Positions 14,994-30,687 are shown, numbered from the stretch's first letter. The stretch is DNA of 64,000 nucleotides from Eledone cirrhosa (GCA_964016885.1 CAXHJY010001363.1:66289-130288), one strand, 5' to 3'. Translations and numbers: made by a program. The notes: generated from the letters alone by a model not told the origin.

Positions 14994-15145
14994 GTAATTA
15001 TAATTAATCAGATAGATATGTGTGGGTGTCTGTCATAGCTGTCTCCTACCTGTAATATCGATTTCTTTGTTACTGAACTGAGATATGAGAAGGGGGGAGG
15101 GGGGACAGAGACATATGAGTGAGTGAAAAAGAGAGAGATAGAGAC

Positions 15146-15179
<34 letters not shown>

Positions 15180-15614
15180 GGATATATGTATACATATATA
15201 TGTATGTATGTATACATATGTATGTATGTATTATATTATATATATATATATATTATATATTATATATATACATTATATATGTATATATGTATATATATAT
15301 CTATGGATGTATGTATACATATATATGTATGTATGTATACATATGTATGTATTATATTATATATATATATATTATATATTATATATTATATATATATTAT
15401 ATATATATATTATATATATACATTATATATATTATATGCTATATATATATACATTTGAGTTCAAATCTCGCCGAGGTTAACTTTGCCTTTCATCCTTACG
15501 GGGTCGATAAAATAAAGTACCAGTAATACACTGGGTAATTGCTGGCCTTGTGCCTAAAGTAGAAACAATTATATATATATTATATATTATATACATATAT
15601 ATATATATACACAA

Positions 15615-15648
<34 letters not shown>

Positions 15649-15650
15649 TT

Positions 15651-15692
<42 letters not shown>

Positions 15693-15748
15693 ACACACAC
15701 ACATATATATATATATATATTTACACACACACACATATAAACATATAC

Positions 15749-15781
<33 letters not shown>

Positions 15782-15892
15782 GAGGGAGAGAGGGGGGTGA
15801 GCGTGAGTAAGGACACACATAGAGATAGTGAGTGGGTGAGTCACACATATATATATATATATATATATTTACACACACACACACATATAAAC

Positions 15893-15937
<45 letters not shown>

Positions 15938-16255
15938 GAGGGAGAGAGGGGGGGGGTGAGCGTGAGTAAGGACACACATAGAGATAGTGAGTGGGTGAGT
16001 GAGTGCGTGGGTGAGTGAGTGCGTGGGTGAGTGAAAGAATACATGTGTAATGCGCATGTGTTTAGAAATAATAAGGTCTCAATAAAGTAGTGATAATAAT
16101 AGAGTTTTTGACATTAGTAGTTGTATTGTACTTTAAGGCTGCTATTATTAGGCATAGAAGAAGTAAAAACAAAAGACTATCTCTCTAGTACATTTTAAAA
16201 CAAAGACACGCTTTACAAATGATTTATAACATAGAAATAGACACGAAAAGGAAAG

Positions 16256-16296
<41 letters not shown>

Positions 16297-16470
16297 AAGT
16301 TTTATTTAAATTGTTGGGTTAACAACGAGTAAATATTTATAACTGATATAAAAGCACTCAACAAGTATTTGGAGTATATTTACGATATTAAACTCCAATT
16401 CAACTTTTCAAATTGAAGTCGATGTTGAAAGGTATGTCGAATCTATCTATTTATAAGACTGTTTATATTG

Positions 16471-16536
16471 TATTTTGTCTGAGGAAGGCATAACATATTT
16501 TTAATATGATATCCCTGAAATATATATAATGAAATA
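16471..16536 (+). ncRNA. Type I hammerhead-like motif inside fold-back island 16294-16579
   Basis: UAUUUUGU-CUGAGGA-AGG...CCU-GAAA-UAUAU-AUA-AUGAAAUA. Confidence 0.65.
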
Positions 16537-16674
16537 AATATGGTTTTATAAATATAGTTTCCATTTATTTAATATCGTATATATATATATAGGTATGTTA
16601 TTCCGGGTTGAATCGGAGGTAACCACAGTAAGTAAGGTACTCAATACATTGCAGAGTATAAAAGTTTTAATATA

Positions 16675-16733
16675 GATGAGATTCTACAGGACTAGAACTG
16701 TTTCATTCTTTAGAAATCATCAGGAATCTCATC
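16675..16733 (-). ncRNA. Type I hammerhead ribozyme in element 16590-16740
   Basis: GAUGAGAUUC-CUGAUGA-UUUCUAAAGAAU-GAA-ACAG-uucuaguc-CUGU-A-GAAUCUCAUC; perfect 10-bp stem I, GUA triplet. Confidence 0.85.
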
Positions 16734-16857
16734 AGTCTTCAAATTTATTATTATTTTGCCTTTCATCCTTACGGGGTCGATAAAATAAAGTACCAGTAAT
16801 GCACTAGGTAATTGCTGGCCTTGTGCCAAAAGTAGAAACAATTATTATTATTATTAT

Positions 16858-16897
<40 letters not shown>

Positions 16898-17212
16898 TTG
16901 TCGAGTGCTTTTATATCAGTTATAAATATTTACTAGTTGTAACCCAACAATTTAAATATAACTTTCCATATATATATATATATATATATGCATGCATTCA
17001 ATGTTCAAAGGGTGGGGTTGGTGCTGTGCAAAGCCTTTCGTCACTTAAAAAAGCTTCAAGTACAGACATGACTTGATATGTGACATTTATTGTGATGCAT
17101 AGCATTGCTGGCCACAGGCAAGTCCCTAGAAAGACTAAAAAGCCACGTGTGTGATCCTCATACTTAAGTATCAAACGATGGCATTACTCGAAATCAAGTT
17201 GGTGAGGCCATC

Positions 17213-17283
<71 letters not shown>

Positions 17284-17342
17284 CATTTTATGTTATATAT
17301 ATGTATGTATCTAAGTATGTATATATATACGTATATATATAC

Positions 17343-17403
<61 letters not shown>

Positions 17404-17796
17404 TATATATATATGTATATGTATATATATGTATATGTATATATGTATATTCATATATATGTATATGTATATATATATACATGTATATATATATATATGT
17501 ATATATGTATACATATGTATATATATACATGTGTATATATATATATACATGTGTATATATATATATGCATATATATATATGTATATATATGTATATGTAT
17601 ATATATATATGTATATATATATATATTTATATATATGTATATTCATATGTATCTATGTATATGTATATATATATATACATGTATATATATATATATGTAT
17701 ATATATGTATACATATATGTATATATATATATGTGTATATATATGTATATATATATATATATGTATATGTATATGTGTGTGTATTTATAGATATGT

Positions 17797-17973
<177 letters not shown>

Positions 17974-18359
17974 GCCTCCTTCAGAATGTGTTAAGAAAAT
18001 AATCTTTCAGGCCCGTTTATATGCAACATTTAATTAAATGTAATAAAACTATATTGGCGTTGGATAATAGGGAAAAACATGCATGAACGGTTTATTTTTA
18101 TTAGATTAAAGCTAATCGAACTTTCGATTAGGTATCAAAGGTTATCTTGAAAGGACTTAGTATCGAAGACTTTCATAATGTTTTATGTAAAGAATAAAGA
18201 TAAAAAGATACAAATCCCAGATACAATGTGTAAATATATAGTCACTTGCTTCACCTTTTGGGATGTATCCATCAATGGGTAGGCCTTTACATTGAATTTA
18301 ATATATGACGTTTGAACTTTGAGTAGTTAGTCTTCTTCTGCTTCTTCGTCTTCTTTGCG

Positions 18360-18705
18360 GCATAATGTTACGGCCCTTTACATTCTAAGTTCAAATTCCA
18401 TCGAGGTTAGCTTTGTCTTTCATCCTGACTGGGTTCGATAAAATAAAGTACCAGTAACGTACTGGGGTTGATTTTATTGACATTCCCCTCTCCATAAAAT
18501 TGTTGGCCTTGTACCTAAATCAAAAACCATTATTGTGGATTGGCAGTATCGGTAGAGGGTCGGATGCCATGCTTTGCAGCCCCTTTACGGTCTGAGTTCA
18601 AATCCCACAGAGGTTAGATTTGCTTTCATCCTTACAGGGTCGATAAAACAAAGTACCAGTAATGCACTGCGATAATTGCTGGCCTTGTGCCAAAAATAGA
18701 AACCT
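18360..18705 (+). mobile_element. Two tandem SINE family A copies
   Basis: Two successive B-box/central/tail units. Confidence 0.8.
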
Positions 18706-18748
18706 TTTTATACACCGAATTTAAACGAGTGTTTCCACTTACTTTCAG

Positions 18749-18808
18749 ATTACGGACACAAAAAAACTAATACTGTTGTAGATCCGAGAGGAACTAACAA
18801 AAAATTAA
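18749..18808 (+). CDS. Internal exon (phase 1/1), DYGHKKTNTVVDPRGTNKKL
   Basis: actttcAG acceptor, GTAAGT donor, 60 nt, open frame. Confidence 0.7.
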
Positions 18809-18889
18809 GTAAGTACAAAACTTCTATTAATTTATAAATGATTTTAAAATAGTTCACATGTCCGAAATATATAAAATGATTATAAAGAC

Positions 18890-18950
<61 letters not shown>

Positions 18951-18957
<7 letters not shown>

Positions 18958-19150
18958 TAACAGATTAAAATTTAAGCAAAGAATCGCTGCTTTCACCCTT
19001 AACGGGATCTTCTGAAAACAGCGATTCTTTGCTTAAACTTTAATCTGTTATTTTAATAAATATTTGCTCTATGGTTCTTATATATTTGATATATATTTAT
19101 CCTTATCGAGCCCTCTTTGGATTTTAGTCTTCAAATTTATTATTATTACT
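18951..19150. mobile_element. Fold-back island in (TA)n with degenerate hammerhead core
   Basis: Arms ~18951-18989 / 19019-19056; minus strand cagaaga-tccc...gggt-gaaa. Confidence 0.6.
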
Positions 19151-19534
19151 ATATATATATATATATATATATATATCGAAGCCAACAACTTAAACTGCTA
19201 CCACCACTGTTGGTCAACACTAACAGAGAACGAAAGAAAACTACTGACAAATATATGAACTTTCCTCCCTAAATATGTATGTAAAAACTAAAAAAAAATG
19301 TTCTCCATTTTATTCTTATTCTTATTAATATGCAATTTAACTGCACTATACACTTCCGTCGTTGAAAAAGCATATAAAGGTGAAACCGGTACAATTAAAT
19401 GCGGAAATCGCTACTTTGTAAATAAATGTTTTGATGTTATTCTGAAAAAATCCCTCTAGCATTTTCTACTGTGTTTTTTTCCTTCTTACTATTTGTTCAT
19501 ATATATCAACTCACGTGTTACTTTCCTAAATTCC

Positions 19535-19611
<77 letters not shown>

Positions 19612-19740
19612 AGAGTTCTATTTAAATTGTTGAGATACAACAAGCAAATATTTTTATAACTGATATAAAGCACTCAACAAATATTTGGAGTAAAAATACG
19701 ATATTAACAAATGGAAATTATATTTATAAAACCATATTTA

Positions 19741-19801
19741 CTTCATTATACATATTTCAAGGACACCAAGTTAAATTATGGTGTGCTTTCATCAGATAAA
19801 A
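19741..19801 (-). ncRNA. Type I hammerhead motif in element ~19610-19870
   Basis: UUUUAU-CUGAUGA-AAGCACACCA...UGGUGUCCUU-GAAA-UAUGU-AUA-AUGAAG. Confidence 0.7.
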
Positions 19802-19880
19802 TATAATATAGATCAGTTTTATAAATAAATATTGACATATTTAAAGAATGCAACCATTACTGTTGGAAGCTCCCGGATAC

Positions 19881-19962
<82 letters not shown>

Positions 19963-20119
19963 CAAAATATGTTTGCATGATAAACATGCATGCCGTCTTG
20001 TTGCAGATATTTGAGCTGTGGTCCTATTACAGCTTATTCAGTAGTGAGTAGTATACTCACAGCGAGACTTCATATGTTTGTTATACATTAATATATATGA
20101 GTGTCCATATATTCCATGA

Positions 20120-20340
20120 TGAGAGTGGCAGTCGGTTGACTGTAGAATCGGTAGAGCGTCGGACAACATGGTCTGTGGCATATACTCACACACCTTTACA
20201 TTCTGGGATGAAAGTCCGCCGAGATTAGCTTTGTCTTTCATCCTTACGGGGTGGATAAAATAATGTACCAGTAACGCAATGCGGTCGATTTAAACGACTA
20301 TCCCCTCCCCGAAAATTGTGCATAAATCAGAAACCATATA
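20120..20340 (+). mobile_element. Diverged SINE family A
   Basis: Consensus match, degraded. Confidence 0.7.
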
Positions 20341-20455
20341 TGCCTTGATTATGAACCACACTGTGTTAGTTAGAGCTATAGAGCTATAGCCTAGCAATTA
20401 CTGTAAAGATGAGGATCTATTTCACAGAATGACATCAATTGAAAGTTTACCATTC

Positions 20456-20735
20456 TAAAGTTTGTCTCGAGTCCGGGGGCTAATCAGGCTGGTGTTTATT
20501 CTGGTTTCTCGGGTGTTAAGCTAAGAGTACATGACGTTTCCCCTGGACAGGTCGCTAGTCCATTGCAGGGTTAAACCCCCAGCTACTGCTGCTGATATTC
20601 ATTTTCAGCTGAGTATACTGGAGCAATATGAAGTGAAGTGTTTTTGCTCAAGAACGCAACACACAATCCAGTCAAGGAAATCGAACCCACGCTATTATGA
20701 TCGTAAGTCCAACACCCTTACCACTAGGCTATACT
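20456..20735 (-). mobile_element. CORE-like tRNA SINE (family C), near full length
   Basis: A-box tagcctagtggtaag, B-box ggttcgattt, CORE-like tgttgcgttcttgagcaaaaacacttcact; fragments also at ~21900-21990, 23170-23290, 42590-42740 and 43342-43440. Confidence 0.75.
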
Positions 20736-22134
20736 ACCCTCCACTGCCTGCATTATAGTAGGCTCTGGGATAATATAGATGTGCACCTGTGTGTGTTTTG
20801 TGGAGTGGTGGTATTTTTGCAATGGTTTGAGGTAGACGGTTATTGTGTATATAGTGGCAGAACGACTGAGAAAGCAGTAGCTTTATATTCTATATTATGA
20901 TCTTAAAACCAACACTCTTACCACTAGACCACCCAGCTCCACAAAGGTTGCCATAACACTTTAATAAATTTTGCTACTTTTGGCTGAAGAAGAATGAATC
21001 CAGGAAGTCGGCTCTCTATCAAGAGAAATTATTTCAAAACATCTGCTCTCACCTGTTGAGATGCAACTAGTGTACATCGTATCATAGTAAGTTAGAAGAG
21101 TGATATCAAGTAGCGACAGGAATTGAGAGGTTTCTGCTGATTGGCATAAAACCTACCACCATCGTTTCTTCTTTCGTTTTATCTATCTTCTCTGAAAGAA
21201 AAATTGAAAATCTAGTTATGTTAGAGGTTGCATACATCCACTTAAATCAAACTGAAGTTCACTAACGTTAATTACAGATATTTCCTTCTTATCAAAACTT
21301 ATTAAAATCTTTTTCACGCATTAATTTTAAAAAATGTCACTTTGTTCCTTGAATATACACAGAACCGGATTAAGGCTAACTGATTCCTTTGTTCAAATGA
21401 CAAGACATTCATACATTAATAAGTGCTGAATATTAAATAACAGACCAACTGTTCATTTGGCTTCTAGGCTATCCTCTAGGGAAGACATTAAAACTATATT
21501 AAATATAACCGATGTGATTTTTAAAATATTATTATCTATTTTTACATTTATTTATATGACAAAGGTGTCATGAAAAATGTCTAATTTTAACATTTTATTA
21601 TGCTTTTAAACTGGAAATACAGATTCAAAATACAAAATATAAAATACAAATAATTTTTGAAAATTGTTTTTTTGTACAGAAAATGATATTGATGTTCACT
21701 TTTTGTTGAAAGACATTCTAATGAAGAATTAATTAGAAGTAACAATAAAATAGCGTGATTCATAATAGAGGTGTATATGAAGGCATATACGAGATGTCTA
21801 TGTATAATAAACATATATGAGTCTCCCTATGACTATTTTATGCTATAATCATGTTACAGATATCTTTATAGATGTGTGAGAAAGTCAGATATTTGTGTTT
21901 CGGGATCTTTTAATCCATCATCAATAACGTTTACTCACGGAAACCGAGATAAGCACCGACCCGATGAGCCTTTGTGCCCGAGACACACTTTTAAAAAATC
22001 TAGAAAGGAACGAATAAGATCAAATCGTTTTATGTCAAACAATGCAGTAATTTCCTTGCAGATCCTCCATAAAAAAGAAAATCTTCACTTCTCAGGTCTG
22101 TTTTCTTTTACCAATATATTTTATTCTATTTCAG

Positions 22135-22210
22135 AAGCCGTTGTTTCCTATGTGTTTCTTACTGTAGCAGTTCTCGCCATTCTTATTGCAATATCATTTA
22201 TCATCGGCAG
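22135..22210 (+). CDS. Transmembrane exon (phase 1/2), AVVSYVFLTVAVLAILIAISFIIG
   Basis: tttcAG acceptor, cag|GTAAGT donor, 24-residue hydrophobic run. Confidence 0.85.
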
Positions 22211-23321
22211 GTAAGTCATCACATTTTAAAATATATTAATAAACAATTTAATTTTCGGTTGAGTCTAACGTACCGTAACAGTAGAGGTTTTCATGTGATA
22301 AAAATTAGGGCTTCATTTTTAGAATGTATGTTTGTATGTATGCATGTATGTGTGTGTGTATGTATATGTATAGACCCGTAACTCGTGATGCAGTACTAGG
22401 GGCGCCGCCGTTACATACAGCGTGTCTTGGGCAAAGTCCATCCCATCCCTCTCTAAGTCTGAACACAGCTGATGTCTTCCAGAGAGTGAGAGAAAGGAAT
22501 TGAGAAAGAGATATAGGTTGAAAAGCAAAGTTCACCTTGGCTTGAACCCGAGTCCTCATAATTTTGAAATAAATTTCTTAGCCAAAAATCAGTCATAAGG
22601 CTTGCATTCACTTTGTAGATTAATTAATATAGTGAATCTCTTCTCACTTATTTTACTAGTACAGAGGTGGATATGGTTCGTTGAGTCGGTCTAATAAAAC
22701 TGAAATACATCCAAATTTATCACCTGTAGTTGCTAAAATCTTATTAAAACAATATTAGTCATTGGACTAATGTTTTGTTTTCGTCTCTTAACCACATAAA
22801 TATTAATAATTAATTAGATTTTCCCCTCACTACATGAGGTCGTATGATACTCACTTGACCGTAAATATAAAATGGTTGTTATTTAATAGAAAACACGTTC
22901 CATCTGGTTTTTAAAACATTATACGTGAAGTGAAATGCTAAGAGTAGTACTGGGATGATCTCTTTGTTCTTAATAGAGCATTGTTGTAGGTGTGCCTCAG
23001 ATAACAGTAGAGGTAAACTCACGCCAATCATATCCGCTACACACTTTCGATTCTAGAGCTGATCATGAGATCGAACAAAGGTTGCTATATTTCAATCGAT
23101 CTTTGTATTGCTGGTACTATTTATTGGTCATATCACCTGGTAGAAGCGTCACCGCTTTTCCAGTAATTTGAAGTAGGATTTGAAACGTATTTTGCTCAAG
23201 AATACGACACACAAACCAGTCTAGGAATCAAATCCACGACATTATGATCATAAGTCCAACACACTTACCACTAGGATACGTACCTCCACAGAATTCAAAT
23301 TAAATAACTAATAATGAACAT

Positions 23322-23700
23322 CAGAGGTCAACTTTGCTTTCATCAATTTGAGGTTGATAGAAAAAGTACTGGTCTAGTACTGAGGTTGATTCTTCCTCGA
23401 TATCTCTTTCTCACGTCCATTCTCCACCTCTTTCTCACGTCCATTCTCCACCTCTTTCTCACGTCCATTCTCCACCTCTTTCTCACGTCCATTCTCCACC
23501 TCTTTCTCACGTCCATTCTCCACCTCTTTTTCACGTCCATTCTCCACCTCTTTATCTTTCTCTGGAAGAGAACTGTTGTATTCAGACCTGGAGAGGAGAT
23601 GAGTTCCGCCATGTTTAAAAGATACCCTGGAAACGCCGTATATCAATACGGTGCTCTTACGACTCCCTCAGAAGTTACAGAACCATGCATGCAATGAACA
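23322..23700 (+). mobile_element. SINE family B with internal 24-bp minisatellite (about 6 copies, 23404-23552)
   Basis: ctctttctcacgtccattctccac repeated inside the SINE body. Confidence 0.75.
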
Positions 23701-23937
23701 TCACATGATCTCACTTTCCTACCTCTATACACCTGATGTCTATGCATAGAGTTCTAGAAAAGAACTGCTTTAAAACTTCATATAATACTTTCGCAGTATC
23801 AGAAACAAGTAACTCGTAATATTTTTTTATTTACACCGTTTATTCAATCCACTGAAGCCTTTTCTCGATTGCAATTTTTTTCTTCTGGTTCTTCGTTATA
23901 TTCTGTATAACTGAATGCATTTTTTTTTTATTTTCAG

Positions 23938-24646
23938 TTACATCAAATATTATCAAGCGGGTCAGTACCACATCGAATCAAGTGAAAGAGCACTACTTAG
24001 AAAAGAAGATACGCCTATGGGTTCTTTCCCACGTGGAGACGACGAACTAAATACAATCATTACCAAAACAGACACAATTAATAGTAATTCCAGACATAAA
24101 GGCACAGATGATTTCAAATGTAAATCAACGGATGGTTCTGCGAAGGATTCTAGTAGTTGTAAAGGAACGCTACGGAACGGAGGAATTACTACGTTTTCTC
24201 CTGCGACTACACCGACACGTTCTGTTAGCGGATTGTATTCGGCAGTTGCTATGGAAACACCTAGGAAAAGCTGGGCTTCCGTAGGACCAGCCAGTCTTGA
24301 TTTAGATGAAGATGATGATGCACAAGTTAGTGGTTCAATTCAGTTACATGTACCGATTCGTCAGTCGTCAGAGAAACACAGAGTATTTTCTGATCGATTT
24401 TCAGACAGTGTCGAACATTACTTAGTAAACAACGATGAGTATGCTGTTGTACGAAAACCTGTTCGAGGTTCAACAAACGGAGCAACAGAAGAAATATACG
24501 CCACTCCACTGGACAATATGGAATTAAGGAATCAGTTCCAAGTAACGACAGGGCCTTACTATTCAAAGCGACAAACAAACCCAAGACCAACATTGGCCTT
24601 CTCAGACAGCAGCAAAAATAGTAAATGGGAAGATGAATATTTTTAA
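23938..24646 (+). CDS. Terminal coding exon: ~235-aa Ser/Thr-rich cytoplasmic tail
   Basis: Polypyrimidine tract + cAG at 23937; phase 2 matches the TM exon (AG+T = Ser); longest non-repetitive ORF; ends KWEDEYF-stop. Confidence 0.88.
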
Positions 24647-25279
24647 ACTTTGAAATTCAACAAGATCTTCAGAAAAGGGCCAGGAAGACTACATAAAGCT
24701 TTTGCAGTCAGCATATGAAGATCTCAGATTTATTGAACTATTTTAAGTTTGAAACAGTTATTGATACACAAGTTTCAAATATTCTTCACAGTAAACAGAA
24801 ATACTTATTGTTATGAACAACAAGTTGTTTGTTTTTCAATTCCCAAAAACCCTCGTTTAAAACAAAAATCCAGTATTTAATTAAAAACGAAGAGTATCAA
24901 TTGAGAAATAAGAAAAGAAGTTTCAGTAAAATTTTATTGAAATATAAATATTGCAAAAGTACCAATATTTTATGGATTTTTGTGGTGTTTTTCTTTTTTT
25001 TTTTTTTTTTTTTGAAAAACAAAAGTGAGACAATGCAAATTTGCTAAAATGTCAAAACGTGGAATTTAAAATATATATTAAAAAAAAACGAAATAACAAA
25101 TCGGTTTATTTACTACATAATACAGATCTATGAAAGTATTATCATTTGTGGTTTCAGAATTTTAAAGTTTGCGAAACATGAGGGCTAACTTTGCTCAGTG
25201 ACTAGAAGACATCATTTCAAACTTGTACCACGAAATATCTTGGCTGTTCATACGTATATATATATATAATGTTAATATA

Positions 25280-25420
<141 letters not shown>

Positions 25421-25539
25421 TATATATATATGATATATATACTTATATATATATAAATATATAATATATACTTATATATATATAAGTATATACATATAAT
25501 ATATACTTATATATATAGATATATATAAAGTTATATATG

Positions 25540-25572
<33 letters not shown>

Positions 25573-25634
25573 AAGTTATATATGTATATATATATATATA
25601 ATATATATATATATATATAAAGTTATATATGTAT

Positions 25635-25668
<34 letters not shown>

Positions 25669-26096
25669 AATATATATATATATAAATACACACATATATA
25701 TATATATATATATATTTAGATATATATATACATATATATATATACATATATATATAAATAAACACATATATATATATATATATAATATATATAATATGAA
25801 TATATAATATATATATAATATTTATATAACATAAATATAATATATATATTATAAATATAATATATATAATATATATATATATATAGTATAAGTATAATAT
25901 ATATAATATACATATAAGATAAAATAGAATATATATATATAAGATATAATATAATATATATATAAGATATAATATAATATATATATTTAAAATATAATAT
26001 CTATATAATATATATCTATAAGATATAATATATATATATAATTATATGTATATAAAATATATAATATATATAATATAATATATATATATCTATAAG

Positions 26097-26186
<90 letters not shown>

Positions 26187-26356
26187 ATATATATATATAA
26201 TATATATATATAATTATATGTATATAAAATATATAATATATATATATATATAATATATAACATATATTTATGTAATATATGTTTATATAATATATATATA
26301 ATATACATATTCATTAAATATATATAATATATATATGTATGATATATATTTATATA

Positions 26357-26420
<64 letters not shown>

Positions 26421-26427
<7 letters not shown>

Positions 26428-26767
26428 GTGAATGTTTTTTTTTACAAAATCAAAATAAAACGAGGTGTCCTACACGAGTGAAAGTATAAGGAAAAAAGAT
26501 GAAATCTAAAATGCAACTGGGGTCTTTTTTTTTAAATATATTTATTTGGTTCCTTTACCGGTTTCGCAGTTCTTCTGCTTTTCAAAAGAAGAATTGAGAT
26601 GGAGTGTTTGTGGTTTTTCTAACATCTGATGTGAGAAAAACCACAAACCCTCCATCTCAATTCTGCTTTTGTAAACCAGAACTGCGAAACCTGTAAAGGA
26701 ACCAAATAAATATATAAATTTTTTTTAAAGACTCCAGTTGCATTTTCATTTCATCTTTTTTCCTTAT
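26421..26767. mobile_element. Fold-back Penelope-like fragment in (TA)n
   Basis: Arms ~26485-26620 / 26634-26767; second copy at 50664-50915. Confidence 0.75.
26551..26590 (-). ncRNA. Variant minimal hammerhead (U3-A8 core)
   Basis: UUCUU-UUGAAAA-GCAG-AAGAA-CUGC-GAAA-CCG-GUA-AAGGA. Confidence 0.65.
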
Positions 26768-27424
26768 ATATATATATATAGACTGAGCAATTGATATTTC
26801 AACTTTCACATCATGAAGGTTTTTTTGTTATGAATGAAAAGATGTTTCCAAACCCTTATTACACACAATGTGTTTCGCAACTATAGCATTTTATAATATC
26901 AGGAATGAAATTATCCAGAACGAAGAACCGCTAACAGCAAAAATTCCTAAATCTATATATATATGGTTAGCTATTACATAGTTAAATTTCGATTATTTAT
27001 GATACATTCCTGAGAATTCTCTTCCTTGGCAAACAAACCACTAAATAATATACACAAAATATTTTAGTTGTATCAAGGATAATGTTATGTTTTTCTCATT
27101 TAAGAGCATATGATGAAACAAACTTTTCTCTAAGATAACCGTGATGAAATAACTTTCTTGAACATTAATAAAATACAAATATAATGCAATGTAATGATGT
27201 ATTACAGAACCTGTTTCTGTGTAATGTCAGTAAACATCTCGATTTGTGTTGATAAATAATGAACATTCGTCGCTAAGGTGTTCATCATATTTTTCAATAT
27301 AAATATGTACAGATAAATATAATCAATTCCACGAAAAGAAAAACGAAATGACATTCAAATAACTACACTAAATATTATCTCCAACTTTCCAACTTGTATT
27401 ATATACTCGCAACTCGCAATTGTG

Positions 27425-27427
<3 letters not shown>

Positions 27428-27491
<64 letters not shown>

Positions 27492-27605
27492 CATATATCT
27501 ACGTCTGTACTTATGTATATATATATACATATATCTACGTCTCTCTATATATATATATATATATATACATGTATAACATATGTATATATATATACATATA
27601 TATAC

Positions 27606-27688
<83 letters not shown>

Positions 27689-28128
27689 TAATATATGTAT
27701 ATATATGTATATATATAGAGATATATAGATATACGTATATGTATACATATATATGTATATATATATAGATATATAGATATACGTATATGTATACATATAT
27801 ATATACATAATTATATATATATATATATATATAGATATATAGATATACGTATATATATACATATATATATACGTAAATATATATATATATATATACATAT
27901 ATATATCCGTATATATATACATATAGACATACATATATATATACGTATATATATATACATATAATAATACATATATATATATTTATATATATATATATAT
28001 ATATAGACATATATAAAGACATATATGTATATAGGCATATATATATAGGATTATATATATATACATATATACATATATATATATGAATATATATACATAT
28101 ATATAGAGAGACAGACATATATATAGGC

Positions 28129-28161
<33 letters not shown>

Positions 28162-28198
28162 TATATATATATAGACATATATATTTATACATATATAC

Positions 28199-28236
<38 letters not shown>

Positions 28237-28293
28237 GTATACATATATACATATATATATAAAAACATATATATATATATACATATATATATG

Positions 28294-28324
<31 letters not shown>

Positions 28325-28648
28325 TTACATATATATATAGACATACATATATATATAGATAGACATACATATATATATATATATGTCTATATATAAATAT
28401 GTATGTCTATATATATGTCTATATATACATATATATATATATATTTATATATATATTTATATACATATATATGTATATATGTATATATATATATATAGAC
28501 ATACATATATATAGACATGCATATATATATATATACATATATATATGTATATATGTATATATATATAGACATACATATATATAGACATAAATATATTTAT
28601 AGATAGACATACATATGTATATGTCTATATATAAATATGTATGTCGTC

Positions 28649-28711
<63 letters not shown>

Positions 28712-30246
28712 ATTTATATATATGTATATATTGACATATATATATATATGTGTATATATATGTGTATATATATATATGTGTGTATATATATATATGAAAT
28801 ATATATATGTATATATATATATGTATATATGTATATATATATATGTATATATATATGTATATATATATGTGTGTATATATATGTATATATATATGTATAT
28901 ATATATATATGTATATGTATATACATGTATGTATTTATATGTATATATATATGTATGTATATATATATGTATGTATATATATGTATATATATATGTATAT
29001 ATATGTTTATATATATATGTATGTATATGTATGTATATATATATATATATGTATATATATATGTATGTATATATATATATGTTTATATATATATGTATGT
29101 ATATTTATGTATATATATGTATATATATATGTATGTATATATATATATATGTACGTATATATATATGTATAGATGTGTGTACATATATATATATGTATAT
29201 ATGTATTTATATATATATATGTATATATGTATTTATATATATATATGTATATATGTACTTATATATATATATGTATATATGTATGTATATATATATATGT
29301 ATATATATATGTATATATATGTATATATATGTATATATATATATATGTATATATATGTATATATATGCGTATATATATATATGTATATATATGTATATAT
29401 ATATGTGTATATATATATATATGTATATATATGTATATACATGTGTATATATATATATGTATATATATGTATATATATGTATATATATGTGTATATATAC
29501 ATATGTATATATATGTTTTATATATATATGTATATATATGTATATATATGTGTATATATATATATGTATATATATGTATATATATATGTGTATATATATA
29601 TGTATATATATGTATATATATATGTGTATATATAATATATACATATGTATATATATATATGTATTTATATATGTATATATATGTATATATATGTATATAT
29701 ATATATATAAGTTAAAACATGTCATTACAGACATACTTCACTGCTTTACGATCGTTTCTATGTGATGATAACTAGGTGATGACAACTTACTGTGGATACC
29801 TCTGTGTATATATATAAGTATATATAAATAGACATATATATATGTATGTATAAATAGACATATATATGTACATATAGAGACATATATATATATATATGTA
29901 TATGTATATATAGACATACATATATTTATAGTCATATATATATAGACATATATATATTTCTAGACATATTAATATATATATGTATATATATATAGACATA
30001 TATATATATTTATAGACATATATATATGTATATATATATAGACATATCTATATATAGATATATATATAGATATATATATGGATAGATATAGATATATATA
30101 GATATATATAGATATATAGATATATATATAGTTATAGATATATATATATATATAGATATATATATATATAGATATATATATAGATATAGATATATATATA
30201 TAGATATAGATATTTATATATAAATATATATTTATATATAGATGTA

Positions 30247-30318
<72 letters not shown>

Positions 30319-30563
30319 TTTATATATATATATAGACATCTATATATATATGTATGTATGTATATATATGTATGTATCTATATATATGTATATATATGTA
30401 TCTATATATATATATGTATGTATATATATGTATCTATATATATGTATGTATGTATATATATGTATGTATCTATATATATGTATGTATGTATATATATGTA
30501 TGTATCTATATATATGTATGTGTGTATATATATATATATGTATGTATATATATATGTATGTAT

Positions 30564-30595
<32 letters not shown>

Positions 30596-30606
30596 CTATA
30601 TATATG

Positions 30607-30687
<81 letters not shown>

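Noticed and set aside
20690-20735. tRNA gene
   Set aside because: A/B boxes belong to a SINE head; no full cloverleaf
23314-23697. Repetitive ORFs (HLFLTSIL / RWRMDVRK)
   Set aside because: 24-bp minisatellite inside a SINE
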